Positions 11,852-23,808 of a stretch of 64,000 nucleotides of DNA are shown here, one piece after another. Both the position numbers and the translations under genes were made by a program. This stretch comes from Podarcis vaucheri (Eukaryota). How positions within the stretch are numbered: the stretch's first letter is position 1; every line of letters starts with the position of its first letter. Under the pieces are notes generated by a model. That model had not been told where the DNA came from. It saw nothing but the letters and a program-made list of their open reading frames with translations, and ran no database searches. The stretch lies in the NCBI GenBank assembly GCA_965113315.1, contig OZ220366.1; one strand, written 5' to 3'.

Positions 11852-14076
11852 TAAAAAACTGGGTAAAGATCTCACTCGTGTCAGTGACACTTTAGTTTCA
11901 TTTATGAGGTGCACAATTTAGTTCTAAGCTAATAATTTTCAGGAGATTTAAGTATTTAAACTAATACTGAAAGCTGAAAGTGGAATGCTTCAAGCTAACA
12001 AATTAATTCTAAAACTAGTGGAATGCCATGGGTGGAAAAAAGTAGTAGTTAGGGTTCTTTTCTTACTGGCACTGCTTTTATATTCCCCAGTTAGCAGTCT
12101 TCTGCACATCACAGAATCTCCATGCAAGGAAAAGATCCACTTATTAAATCATGTGCATGGTGTAACCCAGCCCTCTGCAGACTTTGGCATGCTTGTACGG
12201 ATGTCAATCAATAGTTTTAAGAAGATCTGTGTGGGATCAAGCTGTCTGATGCTAGCCAGCGAAAACGGTTGCAGCTCTATACATATAGCACAGCTAAGTT
12301 ATCAATGGTTTAAAAGTGTGCTCTGTTTGAGAGGGTAGGCATCTTGCAAGACTTGAGGCAAGTTTTTTTCCAGATTCCTGTTCTAAGATGCACGGTATTT
12401 GTGAACTCTTTCAAGCATGTTTATGCTCAGATAATCAGGAAAACCATGGCTCTTGCGGTAATTGCAACTCACATTTATTTCAGTATGCGTTTCGTTTTCT
12501 TATTTTAAAAAGTTAAAGATCCTCTTAATGAATGAAGGTCTCGTCTTGTAACCTGATAGATACTTATTACAGTGCATGCAAATTGTTCAAAATAACTCAA
12601 TATGGCTTCACATTATTGCAAATCATTTGCAGCCCAATCCTGACCACGTTTCCCCTGCATTTCAAGACAAGTTGCTCTGTAAACGTCTTCCCTTGCTTGC
12701 TGCTGCTGGGAAACAGAGGATGGTCTCTGGGCCCTGTCACCTTCTTACTCACTAGTGCACAGCCTGGGTATGGGAGTCATTCCCCCATGGTGCAATATTC
12801 ATGCACACTCCCCAGTAGTATAGGAACACACCACGGGGAAGCAGCTTTCATGCTGTGTGGGCGTGTGTAAAGGTTGTCTTGGCGCAGATCAGAATTGTTT
12901 CAGTAACTGGTGAATCAGTATCTTGGTATTAAGTCAAAGCGATCACCTCTGAAGATAGCAAATGCTTGTGACTTTATGATGTTTCTATATAAAAAAAATC
13001 ATTTTGTGTATACATTCTAACAGGCTGTTATCTATGCCTGTTATCTAGCCAATTAATCTGCAATTTAAGTAACTGCATTGAAAACAACAGTTGTTTCTGC
13101 TGCTTGAAAAACTGGAAGGACATCATTTTAGCTGATTAAGTATAAAAAAGATTAAACGTTGCACCACTGTTTTGTACACCACAGTCTCATGGGACAAAGA
13201 AGCAGAGCTCACAGAGTTAAAAGGGCAGGTTGGCTTTTGAAATGAGTTGGTTCACTGGGGTCATCAGAGACAGGATGGAGGCTTAGCCTCCCCCCCCCCA
13301 AGTGTCTGCAAATGCATATCTTAAGTTACTCCCGCATGAGTAAATGGCTATCATTCATGTCTACAGTGAGAAGAAAAGAGCTGCCCTGGGGGGGATACAG
13401 TTTCATTGAGTGTGAAACTCCTCCTTATCCTTGACACAGGCTGTGTACATAGTGTTAATGCAAACTTGGGGCCACAAGAGATCTGATTTTTCCTTGTGCA
13501 CTTTTGTGCACATTCATCTACATATGAGCACTCAAGTCTCAATGTTCTTCATCCAAACTAGCGGGTGGTGCTTGATGGAAAGTGTTCACAATGTGTAATA
13601 TGGTCCTCTTCCCTCAATAAGTACCGTACTTGCCACCCTCTCCCAGTTCTAGAAACCCGAAGTCCATTGTGGGCATGCACACAGGTATTTGTTTACCTAT
13701 GCATGCAACCATTTATATATATAAAAAAACATTATTATGACACAAGCTTTCCAATATACCAGACTTGCAGGTTAAAACGTGTTTATGTCATCCCACTAGC
13801 AGCCCATTGATGAATGCCACACCGATGGCAGTAGGAGTGCAATTTTATGTTGGATTTCCCCCCTTTCCTTCTTTATCTGAGGATCAGGGAAATCCAAATT
13901 AAATGAGAGGAAGGTGCAGGCTGCTACGTGGGTGAAGACAACATCATGTGGACTATGGGAAAAGCATGCACACACACGGGATGTATTGAGTTCACTTTAA
14001 ACTGACATGTACCAAGGGGTATACAGAACTCATAAATGTACAGTACTTCTTTTGTAATGCCCACGATATTCCACTG

Positions 14077-14941
14077 CGCAGTGGTAGAGTGCAGGGTTTT
14101 TGTGTATATATAGTCACAGCTCCAATCTCTGGGCATCTCAGTTTAAAGGCTTCAGAAAGCAATTCTGGAAAAGTCCCCTCTGCCTGAACAGCTGCTGCCT
14201 GTCAGGCTAGATCACCTTTGACAACTTGGTGGCCTCCAGATGTTTTGGACTCCAATTCCCAGTCAGTATAACTGACAGTCTGTGCTGGGCCCGGGGGTTA
14301 ACCCGAGCCACGTGGTCCAGGTCCGGTCCCCAATCCCAAGGATTCCGCGAGGAGTCAGTCCAACAGGGCCAAGGCAGGAAACCGGGCTAGGTCAGGCACA
14401 AGGTCTCAGGCGGGAGCAACCTCTGTTGGTCCTGATCCCCCAGTGACTCACCTGTCTCGCCCGAAGGCGAGCACTCCTCCTGCAAGTACTCAGGTCTCTC
14501 CTCTCAGACCTCAGTCTCTGCAGCTCGGGAGATGTCGGTGGGTTACTAGACCCAGAGGCCGCCTCAGCCTCTCCTGACCCAACTGGTAGTGGAGCAGCTG
14601 TATGTGATTGCCCAGCAGAGGGCAACGAGGTAATCCCCGCAAGGGCAGGCTCAGGCCCCTGACTCGGCCCAGCTGATGCTTGTTGCAGGGGAACCTGTGC
14701 AGACTGGGGCTCTTCAGAATCAGGCCCCAGACTTGGTTCAGATGCTGCCTGAGGCAGAGGATCCGGTGCAGACTGAGACTCCTCCGGCCCCAAGTCCCAG
14801 GCCATCACACAGTCAGGGATGATGGGACTTGTAAACTTACAACCTCTGTTGGGTACCAGGGTGAGGAACGTCAAGACTAAATAAGACTAGGCTAGATGGC
14901 CAAATAGCCTGATATGGTACAAGGCTGCTCCCTATGTTCAT
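14077..14941 (+). mobile_element. tRNA-derived SINE (Squam2/Anolis SINE2-like), split by a hAT MITE (about 14213-14874)
   Basis: 5' part cagtggtagag...gctgctgcctgtcaggctaga and 3' part ctaggctagatggccaaatagcctga...ctccctatgttc, interrupted by MITE arms with degenerate 8-bp TSD ggctagat/gactaaat. Confidence 0.65.
14281..14809 (-). mobile_element. Solo-LTR-like element with internal 137-aa ORF
   Basis: TGTG...CACA ends (tgtgctgg / ccatcaca) and perfect 5-bp TSD CAGTC (14276-14280, 14810-14814). Inserted into the hAT MITE. Confidence 0.8.
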
Positions 14942-15203
14942 CACACACAAACACAGGAGTAGTTAACCTGTGGCCCATTCTTGGGACTCCAACTCCCATC
15001 AGTCCGAATTGGTGTGGCCTTTTGGTCCAGGATAGTGGGAGTTGTGGCCCCAGGAAGGCCAAAGGTTTGTATGCCTCATTCTAGCGTCACCAATGAGTTC
15101 AGCCCAAGATAATTCAATGAGCGACTGTGCGTGTCATGTGACACCCAAGCCTGCTCCCCCTCCCCATTTTCATTAAGAATACTGTAAGCAGATGCCTATA
15201 GTG

Positions 15204-15320
15204 AGAAGCTGCCCTATAGGTAGTCAGACTATTGGTTCATTTGGCTCAACACTGTCTACACTTGATTGGAGCATCTCTCTTTTAGACAGTGACCTTTATC
15301 AACCTTACCTGGCAATGCCC
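15204..15320 (-). mobile_element. Squam2-like SINE 3' fragment
   Basis: gaagctgccctatagg...tcagactattggttcatttggctcaacactgtctacac is the reverse complement of the same tail type as 14884-14941. Confidence 0.55.
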
Positions 15321-16607
15321 AGTTAAGCATTTGTTATGCCAACGGGAGGCGCTTCAGAAGCAGAATGGGCTCCATGGCATTATTGGTGTATTAAGTACTG
15401 AGTGTGCCTACATGATTATGCAACTTGCTGTCCGCCATTTGTAGTGCCTGATGTTACAAGGCCCAAACCCTACCACTGTACAATCTCCAACTAATAGGAG
15501 GAAGACAGCAGAAGACCGGGTTGTCAGGGAAGCCTATCTTCTCCACAGAATTATAACTTAAGTCTTTGGGTCTTCCTAAGATGAATCAAACCAACAACTG
15601 GTTTTAAGCCATTGCCCAAATGCTGTCAGGGCCATCTAGCAGCAGAGATGGGAATGTTATGATTGAACAGCCCAAGATTTCTGCCCTTCCTGCGCAAATG
15701 CATCCCTGAGAATTCCCAGCCTTCCAATCCTGACAAGTGTCTCAGTGGCCATCCATTCATGAGGGTCCCCTTGTCCATCGATTCTCCTACCCCCCCTCTC
15801 CCCTATACATAAAGGCTTGCATTGTTCTGGAGGGCTGATGTGTGGAAACATATTTTGGCTTTTTCCTGGGAGGCGAGGGCCCAGCTCGGGGCCTGACTTG
15901 AGCCGAGCTTTTTCTTTAAAACAAATCTATTGTTCCCTGCCACGCCCCTGCTCGCATATTGATATATTCGCCCGAACAAAGATCCCCCCCCCCCACGGCC
16001 CAGACAGACTTTGACTGAGAGCAACAGACGACTGCCACCCCCTCCTCCAACTCGCAGCCGTTCCTCCCTAATTTACCCAGAAGTGCTTTGGTGCGCGTTT
16101 GCGTTTCCGCTGGGTTTTCCTGTCGGGGGGAAAGGGAGAGAAGGGGCGCGGGCTCCGAGGAGTCTATTTTTTTTGCATCCCTTTCCCACACCTCTTCGGC
16201 TCGCTTTGTCTCCCTCCCTCCAAAGCCTCACGGAGGAAGCTCTCCCCGCCGGGGCGCGCGGTGCCCTTTTTTTTGCGCTCCGGCGGCGGCAGCAGCAGCA
16301 GGAGGAGGAGAAAGGCAGAGGAAGCAACTGCGTCCGGGTGGCGCTTTTTATTGTTCGCGTGCGCCTTTGGGTGGGTTGGTTGGTGGGTGGGTGGCAAACC
16401 CTTCTGTGCGCGCGCGCGTGTGCGCGTTCTTGAGGAAGCGGGGCTGCTGCTGCTCCACCTCCTCCTTGCCCTCCTCCTCCTCCTCCTCTTTTCCTTCCTT
16501 CCTCCCTTCCCACCGCCGGCTCCCGGCTCGCTATGTTGGATGTGGCTGGCTGAGGAGGAGGGAGCGCGCGCGCGCGCGCGAGGAGAGGCGCATCTGGTTC
16601 CTCGACC

Positions 16608-16616
16608 ATGGCGTAA
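16608..16616 (+). promoter_or_regulatory. Minimal uORF ATG-GCG-TAA in strong Kozak context
   Basis: ctcgACCATGGcgTAA (A at -3, G at +4), about 390 nt upstream of the MAP4K4 ATG inside the CpG island. Confidence 0.55.
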
Positions 16617-17004
16617 AAAGCCGACCTTCGCGCGCACCAGAGGCTGAAAGGGGGGGGGGGGACTCTCCTTTTTTTTTTTTTAATAAAACGACGATTGAAC
16701 CGGCAACCCCTCCGCCAGCCTCCTTGGGAAGGAAAGCTAAGCGGACCCGAGCTGCCTCCTCCCACATCTCGCCCTGCACCCCTCCTCCAATGAAGAAGAG
16801 TTTTATCCTGGAGTGAAGGAGGAGAGGGAGGAGGGGGGGGGAAGGAGAAAGAGAGAGAGAGGGAGATTGGGGTTTTTGGGTGGGGGGGGGTAGGAAGGAA
16901 GGGGCGGCGCTTTCTCCTCTCCTTCACCCTGGCGTGCTAGCAGTGCTTGCCGTCTTTTGTTAATAGAAAGAAAGAGGAATTATTTAATAGAAGCGACGGG
17001 GAAA

Positions 17005-17061
17005 ATGGCGAACGACTCTCCTGCGAAAAGTCTGGGGGAGATAGACCTCTCCTCCTTACGG
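17005..17061 (+). CDS. MAP4K4: MAP4K4 (HGK/NIK, GCK-IV Ste20 kinase) coding exon 1
   Basis: ATG at 17005 (gaaaATGG). Translates to MANDSPAKSLGEIDLSSLR, matching the MAP4K4 N-terminus (MANDSPAKSLVDIDLSSLR) better than TNIK (MASDSPARSLDEIDLSALR) or MINK1. Followed by a canonical GTGAGT donor at 17062, phase 0. Confidence 0.93.
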
Positions 17062-17644
17062 GTGAGTGCGGCTGGAGGTGGGCTGGCTTGGGTGGGGGGC
17101 TGGCTGGCTAAGCGGGGCGCGGCAGGCGACCCCTCGTTCCCTTGCTCGTCTTTTCTGCCTCCCGCTGGCCACACAAAGCGGGAGACGTCTCCCCTGGCGT
17201 GGCTTTTGTTGTTCGCAGCTGGGTTGGGGGAGAAAAGCGGGGTGGGGGTAGGGAGGGAGGGAGAGTTGGGGGGGTTGCGTTGCTGGGGGAAAGAAGCTCC
17301 GGGGTTTGCAAGGGGGCTGGTCGCGGATGCTTGCTGCGGCTGAGAAGGGGCCCTTCTGCCGGCTGGCTGGTTTGTCATCGCCCCGTTTTGTTCCTTGGAG
17401 CTTATGGGGAGGGGAGAGAGAGAGAGAGATGAGTTCAGTCTTGGGCTGCTTTCCTTTGTTTGCATGTATTGGCATGTGCGTGGAAAATCAGGGCGCAACA
17501 GCTGTACAGCCAAACAATCCCCTCCAGACAGTGGCGTTTTTGGGGGGCGGGTGGGTGCGCCGGTGGTAATTTCTTCTCTATATAACCCTGCTTTCCCCCC
17601 TCTTGTCGTCTCCCCCCTCCCTTCTCCACACCTTTATTGTGTAG

Positions 17645-17824
<180 letters not shown>

Positions 17825-20800
17825 TAAATCTCTGGTGGCTTTGTGACACAGCTGTCAAGCTCTGCTGTTTACTCCCTCAATGAACCTTTTGGGGTCTGAA
17901 GAACCCACCAAGTTAGCTTGTTGCTGCCCCAAAATTAGGATCCAAGAAGCTTTTAAATCTTGTATTCTCCTTCACAACCATCCAGTCTTGTTTATTCATT
18001 TGGCCCTGTCAGTCTGCTGATATGTGATGGTGGGGAAATTGGGGGTGTTCCTGCCTTTATTGAGATAGCTTTTTTTGGTGGGGAGAATGTCACTAGCTTT
18101 CTTTGTTATGAATCCTTCCAAGGCGTGTTAAGATGTGGAGACTGGCATCACATTACTTCCAGTGTCTTTTAACTCTGTAAGAGGGTGTGGATGCAAAGGG
18201 GTGGGGTGAATCAGGGTAAAAAGAGCAGGGAATGTTATTGTATGTCTGGAGAGCAGAAGATCAGAATTCATAGAATAACCTGTTTGACGAGCAAATGATT
18301 TGGGGAGAAGCGCACACATACAGAGGAAACAATTGTAGGATACTGAGAGATGTTGCTGTTTTCAAAGGCTAGGTGTGAAGGGAAGATAACAGCCCCCCTC
18401 CCCCCAAAGTCTGTTATATAAAGGAAACCAATATTGAGATTTCATGGCTGTGTAATGTTTAGTCACCCATATGACTAAGTTTTTCATTGTACATTTTACA
18501 TGAGTAAAGGATAGCCCAAGCCTAAGGAAGGTTTGTAAGAAAAGATAGGAAGAGGTTTGCTTCTTGTTTGGTGTGCACCCAAGTCTAATAAGCCTGTCTT
18601 CCAACTTATCACAATAGAGTTTCAGCACATGATCAGTTGTGGGTCCCCATCTTGTGTATGTTCAGTGAAAAAAGTAGAGTATGTGTCTTTGTGTGTCCTG
18701 TGGGACCTGTGGCTCTACTGATATTGGTGGACTTGGCAACTCCCATCAGCCCCAGTCCAGTGTGATAAATGGCCAGGGATGCATCTAGAGGGCCACAGTT
18801 TCCCCATTCTTTGTTTACATGCTGGTTCCAACGTGGGAATCACCTTCTTTTGATGTGTGGTGTCCTTGGTATTTCTCTTTTGTTTTACAATGATCTACAA
18901 GCTGTATTTTGTAAGGAGATTGTTGGCTGGATGAACGGTAGTGATATGAAGTAGCTTTGATCTTGCTGTAAACAAAAGGAGTTAGTCCTATGCAACGACT
19001 TTAAAACATGCCTAAGTTTGAGGCTGATTTATGGCTGACCCTTTGAAACTGTTTCATAATGATATTTCCCCCTGCAATTTCTTTGCTTGTGAAGCTTATA
19101 TATCACATTGGGTGTGTCCTCTTCCTGCTACCCCTAGAAGGGAGTTCAGTTGTGTGAGTTTAGAATCTCTTGTAAATAAAACAAGTAGAAAATAAGTCAA
19201 TTAATTTGACAATGCTTTGAGCTAAATAAAATGTTTTATGAGTTGACTATAGGCTGGCTGATTATAGTTTTACTATTTATTTATTTATTGCTTGGGTGCC
19301 ATTCCAGTGTGGAATGAAAATAGGTAATCACTCCAGGGTCCCATAATATTTACAAAAGGTGGCTGACTACATCATGTAAACAGAGGGCTTCATTATTGCC
19401 AGTAGTGTATTGCCTGTATATACAATGGAGAGAAATGTGATTGTGGAATACCTCTGCTAGAGATAACAATGTTTTGGTAAGCTGCATACACACATAGAAT
19501 CAAAGTGGTGTAAGCTCAAATGTGCATGTGCCACTTTTGCTTCAAAGACATTATGTGATGCAACATCCTGTTGCTTTTTTTTTTGGTATGGCAAAAAATA
19601 CCTATTTGGCTGCATGGATGGGGATTCTTCTTAAATATCCAATCACTGCTCAGGTTTGGGAACTGGACAATATCCAAAGTGATGGAATATAGTTAATAGT
19701 TGAATAACTGGTAAGACATCCTAAGGTAACAAGCATCTTCAAGATGAAGTCGTATTACAAAGCTGTCTTTGGGACCAGTCCTTGGAGTTAAAGCCCTGTG
19801 ACCAAATTGATTGATTCTTACAGAATTTAGCTGGCAGTAAACCTGTACTTGAATCTTTCAGGGTATTCCCTGATCTGTTTGACACTGCAGTTGCTGTGCT
19901 ACTGATAATTTCAATTCTGGGACCTTTGTCTTGATATGATAAATATCAGTTGAGCTGAAAATAGGGGACATAGTGAAGCAACTACAACTTCTTATGTATT
20001 GAACTATGCATGAAAATCAGAAGAATATTAAAGTTGCCTTTCTTTGTTTTGTCTTAATGATACTGTGTATAACTTTTTGCTTCCTGGTTTATTGGGACTG
20101 CACAATAGCTTAAGTATTCTTGTTTCGTATAGAAAACTTAGAAGTTATTTTTAAAAGCCTTTGTCCATGAATATGTCCAACTGTCTCCTTAGCATCAATT
20201 AGTTTTGGTAGATTGGCTATTGCCCTAAGATATGAAAGAGAAGTGAAGCAACCATGTGCAAATAGTTAGTGTTAAGGTCTAAGGTTTTCTCTTTTATAGG
20301 AACTTCTCCCCAGATATTGGCAAAGGAAGCTATGTAGTAAATCTTTAAAAGTATGTGTCTCAGTTCATGCTAAGGCATGTGTATGAGATGTTCAAGGCCA
20401 GCCTTACCATTGATGTCATTGTTGACGTCAAAGAGATACACTAGGACGCAGTTTATTGGTACACGTGAATAGGAGAATCTGTGGCCCTCCAGATGTTTTT
20501 CAAATCCCATCAACCTCAGCCAGCATGGCCAAGAATGATGGGAGTTGTAGTCAGCAACATCTGGAAGGCCAAAGATGAACCAGCCCTCACATCTGTTTAC
20601 AAATGTGTCTTGGTGGGGGTGGGGAGAGAAACTTAGAGAGTATTTTTTTAAATGATTATGAAAATGAAATAACAGATTACATTGCTGCCCCAGCAACCCT
20701 CTGGGTTAAGCAAGTAAAATGTCGTTGTTTCAAAGCTATTTAAAAAATCGAACATTTAGAGTTTAAAGGAAAGCAATAGTTGTGAACCTCCCACAGAAGT

Positions 20801-23350
20801 TTGACGTCTTTTGTGCAGCAAATAGTTATGTCTGGCAGAAGTACAATGAATAAAGCTATTTGGGATAAGATAAAATTTGTCTAGAAAGCAGGGTATTGTT
20901 AGAATGTCAAAGAGGAACCCCTCTTCCCTGAGTTGAGGTCAACTGATTGTCAGCTAAATGGCATGTACAGACTTGCCCACTGGTGTTCATTCTCTCATTG
21001 GAGAATGAGGAGCTGAAATGTTCTGCTGTGTGCATGTTCTTTCCTGTGTTTATATTGTGTAGTCTGCCTGATCCTTAAGAGACAATAGGCTGTTTCACAT
21101 CTATTTTGTTCTAATGTTGGGCATGTTGAATTAGCACTGGATGGTAGTACGAAATTAGCTGTATAAAATTAGCTAAATGATTTGGACTTGGCAGAGACAT
21201 TGCCTGTGGTTGTGGTTGTTTGTTTGCTTCTATCTGCCTCTTTTGCTAAGAAACTCTCTATTGACGTGCTCCAAGATGATCTGAATTTTGCAATCACCAA
21301 TATGGGAATGAAACTTGTGAACAATGCAACACCAGCTTAGCAATTCTCTATGGAGTACCTTTAAATAAGATTATAGGCACCTAACTGTGCTTGACAAAAC
21401 TATTGCCAACAGCTTAAGCAGTGCAAGTACCTCTGGTGTAGAATACCTTGACCATACTTGTTAGTTTGCTTATGAATCACAACAGTCTAAAAAATCTGTG
21501 CTTATTTGTGTGGGCTGAATGCACATTCGTGCATAAAAGGCTACATGAACTTCTGTGTTTTGTTCAACTCTGTGAAGTGTTTTATAGCAGAATGATTCAT
21601 TCTTGGCGGGACATTAATTCGTTAATTACAATTATAAAATGAAAAAGTGCTAGCAATCTACTGGGGCACTTGTAAGAACATTATACTCTGTCCTTTTGAT
21701 GCCTGATGGCCACAAAAAACCATCAGCTGACTACTGTTTTCTCCTCCCTTCATCATATATCTCAGTGCGGCCCTTTCCATGACCCTAAGTTCTGTATTGT
21801 GCTATTGCCCATTCCTGTTTTTGGGGTCTTTGGTTTCATTGAGAGGCAGAGGACACTTGACAACTATCTGCCCATAAAGGCTGCGTCGAGCCACTTCTGG
21901 AAATCTAGTGGAAGATTTGTGCTCATTTCCATGTTGTTCACAGGAAAAACAACAACCATTCATTCGGAAAACCATTTGGATTGCAATTTTCCAGTGTGCT
22001 CGTGTGATGAAATTTGGGGCAGGATCCCAGCACACAGTTCTTCCCTGCCATTTAAAATTGCAGGCGACATGGCACTATGTTGATCAAGAAGCCACGGTTC
22101 CATAACTCAGCAGTTGCTGAGGTGTAGAAGCAACGTGAGAAACGGGGATGGATGTTCTAGCTTTATAACCAAGAAAGCTAACACAATAAACCCTATGTCT
22201 GAATGCAGCCATCATGTTTACAAGCATGAAGAGCTTCTTTTGAATTGCCTAAAAACTCTTGGCAGTTCCTGAGCCTCCCCTGCCCCCCAGTTGGCCCTTC
22301 TGTGGTTGTATGCTGCTTAGCACTTTCATACCCAAAGGGTGAGTGGAAATGTGGTAGCACTTAAACTTTTCTGTTTGGTATAGATGAGCGTCAAACTGCA
22401 CCTCTGCTGTGTACACTGGAGAGATTCTAATTCTTCCTTTGTGAGTTAGGCTCAATTTATTTTGGGTGATTAGCAAATCAAGTACTCTGAGCTAGTGGGG
22501 GTATGTGTGTGTGTTTGCTTCAGTGGCTATAAATTTGGAGGGTATAGTTTGACAATGATGGCAAGGCGTGCTCTGCAAAAAGACAATTGAGGGAACGATG
22601 ATTGATTGCGCGCTCTCTTTTAAAGCGCGGAAATAAAAATCGAGCCCTACAGAGAAAATGTGTCATTCCAAAAACCAGCTGCTGTAAATATTTCTCATGT
22701 GCGTTCAGAGACCCCAGCACACGCTAATGATTAGAAAGTAATTGGCATGTTAGGTTTGAGCTATAACAGGAAATGTGCCGTTTGAATCAGGGATGACTCT
22801 CCTAGGTTCTCATGACTGCTGCTTTCTAGAAGCCTTGTGAGAATTAATTCATAGTGAAGGCATCTTTTGTTTGATTCATATTTCAGCTTTCCAAAGCTAC
22901 ATGTAAATTATGCATATTGCCTAAGTTCTGGCCCATACAGGAGTGATGTAATAGGGGATGGCTTACATGCTGATGTGAAAATAATCTGAGGCCTGTGAAA
23001 ATAATTTCCCTCGCCAAGATAAATCCATTGTTACTTCAGTAAATATGGTTTAAGGAAGCCTTGGCCACTGCCGAACAACTACTTTATCCTTTGTGTCCCT
23101 GTAGTAAAAAGAGAGAGTCATTTGTGACTTCACATCATTTTGCTGAACATGGGAAAGAAATCCTATTCTTTACTGGTGAGCCACTATTGGTGAGGTCACT
23201 TGCTCTTGGGAAATAAGCCAGACCAGTTTCTCAAAAGTATGCACTGTGCTTTGTACTTTCTCTTAAGAATTTGGCTCTGCACTACTTGATTATTTTTTGG
23301 GGATGGATTACTTCTGCATAGTTTGCATACATGTGCCTATGAGATGACAC

Positions 23351-23352
<2 letters not shown>

Positions 23353-23392
<40 letters not shown>
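23353..23392. repeat. (ATT)n microsatellite
   Basis: Direct observation. Confidence 0.9.
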
Positions 23393-23393
<1 letters not shown>

Positions 23394-23480
23394 ATATTTT
23401 ATTTTATCCCCCCACCCTTTTCTCCTAACCATGAATAGCTAAATGAATGCCACAAAGACCTGTAATATGCTCTGTAGTTA

Positions 23481-23780
23481 AAAGGTAAAGGGACCCCTGA
23501 CCATTAGGTCCAGTCATGACCGACTCTGGGGTTGTGGCGCTCATCTTGCTTTACTGGCTGAGGGAGCCGGCGTACAGCTTCCGGGTCATGTGGCCAGCAT
23601 GACTGAGCAACTTATGGCGAACCAGAGCAGCACACGGAAACACCGTTTAACTTCCCGCTAGAGCGGTACCTATTTATCTACTTGCACTTTGATGTGCTTT
23701 CGAACTGCTAGGTTGGCAGGAGCAGGGACTGAGCAACGGGAGCTCACCCCGTCACAGGGGTTCAAACCGCCGAACCCACA
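23481..23780 (-). mobile_element. Sauria SINE (5' deleted/truncated)
   Basis: aaaggtaaagggacccctgacc... tail in reverse; 12-bp TSD gctctg(t/c)agtta at 23469-23480 and 23781-23792. Confidence 0.9.
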
Positions 23781-23808
23781 GCTCTGCAGTTAGGTACTAC
23801 AAAATAGA

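Larger units (their letters stand above)
15870..17570 (+). promoter_or_regulatory. CpG island: MAP4K4 promoter, 5'UTR and intron 1
   Basis: Sharp rise in GC and CpG (cgcgcg runs, GGC/GCA repeats) against a CpG-depleted background, spanning the first coding exon. The exact TSS cannot be determined from sequence. Confidence 0.88.

Noticed and set aside
16957-17004. In-frame TTG-initiated N-terminal extension of MAP4K4
   Set aside because: Weak context, and the ATG at 17005 matches the conserved start. No evidence without Ribo-seq.
16011-17569. Many long overlapping ORFs (up to 284 aa) on both strands
   Set aside because: Low-complexity Arg/Gly/Pro/Ala translations caused by stop-codon scarcity in the CpG island. 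Only 17005-17061 is supported as coding.
21879-22210. Possible old Harbinger-like MITE (ggctgc...gcagcc ends), plus similar short palindromes near 2020, 7030, 8906 and 28127
   Set aside because: Too degenerate to fix boundaries or family without a library search.
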